Positions 61,130 through 64,000 of a stretch of 64,000 nt of DNA are shown in pieces (the first letter of the stretch is position 1; every line of letters begins with the position of its first letter). The stretch covers positions 384,001 to 448,000 of the forward strand of contig JBOEGF010000018.1 in the NCBI GenBank assembly GCA_050633305.1. The letters are read 5' to 3'. This DNA comes from Nannocystales bacterium (GTDB taxonomy: Bacteria > Myxococcota_A > Polyangia > Nannocystales > Nannocystaceae). A model generated the notes under the pieces. It was not told the DNA's origin and made no database searches. It was given only the letters and a program-made list of their open reading frames with translations. The translations under genes were made by a program, and so were the position numbers.

Positions 61130-61777
61130 ATGGGCGAGCCGCTCAGAATCGATTCTGCCTCCACCGCCCCCTGGGCGTCGCTTGAAGCGAAGCGTGTCCT
61201 GCTCTTGTGTGCGGAGGACGATCGGTTGGGCCTAGAGCTCACCAGGCCGCAGCTGGAACTCCAGAACCTACAGGTCGAGGTGGTCAGTGACGCGTTCGAC
61301 CCCCGCGCGGTATGGGCGGCGCTCGAAGCGGACCCGTGTCCCACGGTTGTCGCCGTGGTCGTCAGCCAGGCGCGGGCGCGCCGCGCCGCCCGGCCGCTGA
61401 TCGATGCATTCTCGGAGGTCGCCGGTCCCCGTCATCGACTCCTCGTCCTCGACCTGAGGCGGCGGACGAGCGTGCTGCAACAGGTGCGTGCCCTGTCGGG
61501 AGCCATCGAAGGCCTCGAGCTGACGTTGCAGATCGCCCGTGGAAGCCGAGCGGCGTTGACCACCTCCGCGACGGCAAACCCCCGGGCAGCGGGGGAGCGG
61601 AGGCTCTCACCGTGCGGTATGGGAACCCGGCCGCTGCGGGTGGTTCAACCCTCTGTGCTGCTGAGCGCCGACGTTCACTCTGGAGCCCAGACGATTCCAG
61701 CCCGGACACGATTCCGCGTGACACGGCCGGAACGGCCGATGGCGGAGACATGCCCTGAGCTTCCGTTGATCGACTGA
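61130..61777 (+). CDS. Hypothetical soluble protein with TIR/receiver-like domain (paralogous to the N-terminus of 20389..22131)
   Basis: Alignable motifs: 'LLC...LE..EVV...PT..V.V....PL..A....GP...L.VLDL......QVR.....IE'. Confidence 0.6.
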   Translation: MGEPLRIDSASTAPWASLEAKRVLLLCAEDDRLGLELTRPQLELQNLQVEVVSDAFDPRAVWAALEADPCPTVVAVVVSQARARRAARPLIDAFSEVAGPRHRLLVLDLRRRTSVLQQVRALSGAIEGLELTLQIARGSRAALTTSATANPRAAGERRLSPCGMGTRPLRVVQPSVLLSADVHSGAQTIPARTRFRVTRPERPMAETCPELPLID

Positions 61778-61819
61778 CCCCGCCCGGACTCGCGGCATTC
61801 GTCGTCCGACCGGACACGC

Positions 61820-61849
61820 AAGAAAGCCGGCTACGAAAACGCAGCCGGC
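61820..61849 (-). terminator. Intrinsic terminator for the 61899..63773 gene
   Basis: Minus strand GCCGGCTGCG-TTTT-CGTAGCCGGC followed by TTTCTT. Confidence 0.65.
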
Positions 61850-61898
61850 CTTGGAGAAAGGTCTGGCTCCCTGAGGAGAGAGCCGGGAGAAGAGGGGA

Positions 61899-63773
61899 TC
61901 AGCCCTTCTTCTTTTTCTTGCCCTTCTTTTTCTTGCCCTTCTTTTTCTTACCCTTCTTTTTCTTCTTTCCGCCTGCATCAGGCGTGGGCTTGGGCACCGG
62001 GTCGCTGCCGCCTTCGTCGCCGCCACCTTCATCGCCGCCATCGGCGGGCTTGGTGTCGTCAGCGGGCTTGTCGTCAGCGGGCTTGTCGTCAGCGGGCTTG
62101 TCGTCGGCAGGCTTGTCGTCAGCAGGCTTGTCGTCAGCCGGCTTTGCGTCGCCTGCGTCCCCGGCCGTGCCGGAGTTCTTGGGCTTGTCTTTGCCGTCGC
62201 AGTCACCGTCTTTGACGGTGTCCTTCTTGAGGCAGTAGCTGCCCAGGCCGGTCATCTCTTCGTCCTTGCTCGAGAAGCGTGGGCCACCGTTGAAGGTGAC
62301 GGAACACTTCTTGGGGGACTCAGGGAGTGACTCGGAGAGGAACACCGAGCCGGTGACGCGGGTGGTCTCGCCGGGCTCGAGGTAGTAGAGGTCCGTGCCG
62401 AAAAGGTACGCGGTCTCTACACGCTCGGTCTTTCCGACCGTGCAGGTGACCTTGGCCTTGACACCGGACTTCTGGTCGACGGTCTTGAGCGCTTGGACAT
62501 CGGCCACGAGCTTGACGTGGAACTTGTCGCCCTTGCCACCGTAAGGCTCCTCAGCCTTGATGGAGACGTTGGCGACGGCCAAGGACTCTTCGTCGATGGG
62601 AGCCGGATCCGGTGCTGCAGGAGCGTCGGGGTCGCAGCGTCCATCGGATGTCTTGTCGCCGTCGTAGCAGACTTCCTTGAGCACGGTCTCTTCGTACTCG
62701 CCGAAGCTGCCGGCCTTCTGCTTCCAGACCGACACTTTCATGTCGCACTTGCTCGGAGAGTCCGCGAAGCCGAACGAGGGGTTGAAGAACAACCGTGCCT
62801 CGCGGGCGACGGTCTCACCCGACTCGAACTTGAACGGCGCGGCCATCAAGTGAGCCTGCTGAAGGTCGACGAACTTGGTCTCGCCGACGTCGCAGGCCGC
62901 CTTGAAGGTGATGCGGTCGTGGTTGTCCTGCGGCTCGTGAACGAGGATGCGGTAGGGGACCTTGAAGGAGTTGGTCCCGCCGAATCCTGAGTGCTTCTCG
63001 ACCGCGAGCGCAGTGACCTCGAGAGGCTTGTCGCTGCCCGACATGGGCGTGGCGAGGATCTCGGGGTCGCACTTGCCTTCGGTGGTCTTGGTGCCGTCGT
63101 AGCAAGCGTGTCGCAGCTCGATGGCCGTGGTGCTCGAACCGCCGCCGGAGATGCGGAAGTCGAACTGGCAGGGCGACATCGGCTTCTTGAGACCCTGGGT
63201 GAAGATGGAACCCTTGAGCTCCGCTTCTTCGCCCTCTTTGTAGGCCTGCAGCTGCTTGCTGTAGTCGGTGTTGATGTAGCCGATGTCCGAGACGAAGGCG
63301 TCGCCGTCCTTGCACGTGCCCTTGGCACGGATATAGGTGCCGGAGTCGATGGCTTTTTGCAGCTTGCCCTTGGCTTTGATCTCGAGCGAAGCGGGGCTGA
63401 ACGAGTTGCCCTGCGACTTGACCTCGATGTCCGAGAGAAGGATGGGCATGTGGCTTTCGTCCACTTCCTCGACCTTCGTGATCTCGACCAGCGCGGCCTC
63501 TTTGGCTTCGAGCTCGGCCTCAGCCTTGGCTTCCTCGGCGGCCTTGGCTTCAGCTTCGGCTTTCTCCTTGGCTGCGGCGTCGTCCTCTTCTTTCTTTTTC
63601 TTGGCCTCTTCTTCTTCCTTCTTTTTGGCTTCCTCGTCCTCTTTGGACTTGTCAGCCTCCTTCGTCTCTTCTTCCCCGCCGGTCAGCTTGTCGCATCCCG
63701 TAGCGAGGGGAGCGAGGGAGAGGAGAAGAACGAGGCCGTAGTGCAGTCGGTGGCTCTCTCGTATTGCGGCCAT
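61899..63773 (-). CDS. Large lipoprotein with three repeated disulfide-rich beta domains, DDKPA repeats and poly-Lys tail
   Basis: LATGC lipobox; three units each with K..C..G and CY/CL..K...G.CD; ATG at 63773 chosen. Confidence 0.8.
   Translation of the reverse strand: MAAIRESHRLHYGLVLLLSLAPLATGCDKLTGGEEETKEADKSKEDEEAKKKEEEEAKKKKEEDDAAAKEKAEAEAKAAEEAKAEAELEAKEAALVEITKVEEVDESHMPILLSDIEVKSQGNSFSPASLEIKAKGKLQKAIDSGTYIRAKGTCKDGDAFVSDIGYINTDYSKQLQAYKEGEEAELKGSIFTQGLKKPMSPCQFDFRISGGGSSTTAIELRHACYDGTKTTEGKCDPEILATPMSGSDKPLEVTALAVEKHSGFGGTNSFKVPYRILVHEPQDNHDRITFKAACDVGETKFVDLQQAHLMAAPFKFESGETVAREARLFFNPSFGFADSPSKCDMKVSVWKQKAGSFGEYEETVLKEVCYDGDKTSDGRCDPDAPAAPDPAPIDEESLAVANVSIKAEEPYGGKGDKFHVKLVADVQALKTVDQKSGVKAKVTCTVGKTERVETAYLFGTDLYYLEPGETTRVTGSVFLSESLPESPKKCSVTFNGGPRFSSKDEEMTGLGSYCLKKDTVKDGDCDGKDKPKNSGTAGDAGDAKPADDKPADDKPADDKPADDKPADDKPADDTKPADGGDEGGGDEGGSDPVPKPTPDAGGKKKKKGKKKKGKKKKGKKKKKG
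61903..61968 (-). repeat. 15-bp repeat encoding (KKKKG)n
   Basis: CCCTTCTTTTTCTTG repeats on the + strand. Confidence 0.85.
62056..62144 (-). repeat. 15-bp tandem repeat encoding (DDKPA)n
   Basis: GGGCTTGTCGTCAGC about five to six times. Confidence 0.9.
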
Positions 63774-64000
63774 ATCGGGACTTTCACCGATACGACGCAC
63801 CGCGTCCATGTCGGTTGCTGCAACCTTGCTCTTTAAAACCCAACCATGGTCGAACCAGGACATCTGTCCGCGGGGAGCAGGGTGGAATGGCAGCTTTTCG
63901 GCCCGTGGGCCTTGGCTCATTCCTGCCGGAGATCTTCTAGGCGACCCAAGGAGACCGCATCAGGCAGTCCACTGGTGTAGGTCGCGACAACCCAGGCCTC

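Overview
High-GC, gene-dense chromosomal segment, almost certainly from a myxobacterium (Myxococcota, Nannocystaceae-like). This rests on a MYXO-CTERM protein, many Cys-rich Ser/Thr-linker lipoproteins and FecR/ECF modules. About 60 CDS are supported. Housekeeping genes include gap, udk, metK, hisD-hisC, ygiQ, fxsA, an acyl-CoA dehydrogenase, two Hsp20s and a MacB/FtsX-type ABC exporter. I saw no rRNA, tRNA, CRISPR array, integrase or transposase. Most interesting: (1) an archaeal/eukaryote-type RtcB plus archease RNA-ligase locus split by an ECF sigma and a coupled polytopic pentapeptide-repeat protein, followed by a WGR-like protein and a UDG-family enzyme; (2) a CASTOR/POLLUX-type channel fused to a voltage-sensor-like S1-S4 (BK-like layout); (3) two proteins sharing a TIR- or pseudo-receiver-like N-terminal domain, one a membrane receptor-like protein behind a PIN-PhoH gene; (4) a four-hairpin intergenic element, present as a tandem pair and a diverged copy with compensatory changes; (5) a long structured hsp20 leader with a possible RBS switch; (6) a NemR-like TetR with operators before itself and before an orphan ECF sigma. 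All family calls come from motif recognition by eye, not database searches. Start codons were adjusted by hand where the ORF track over-extends.
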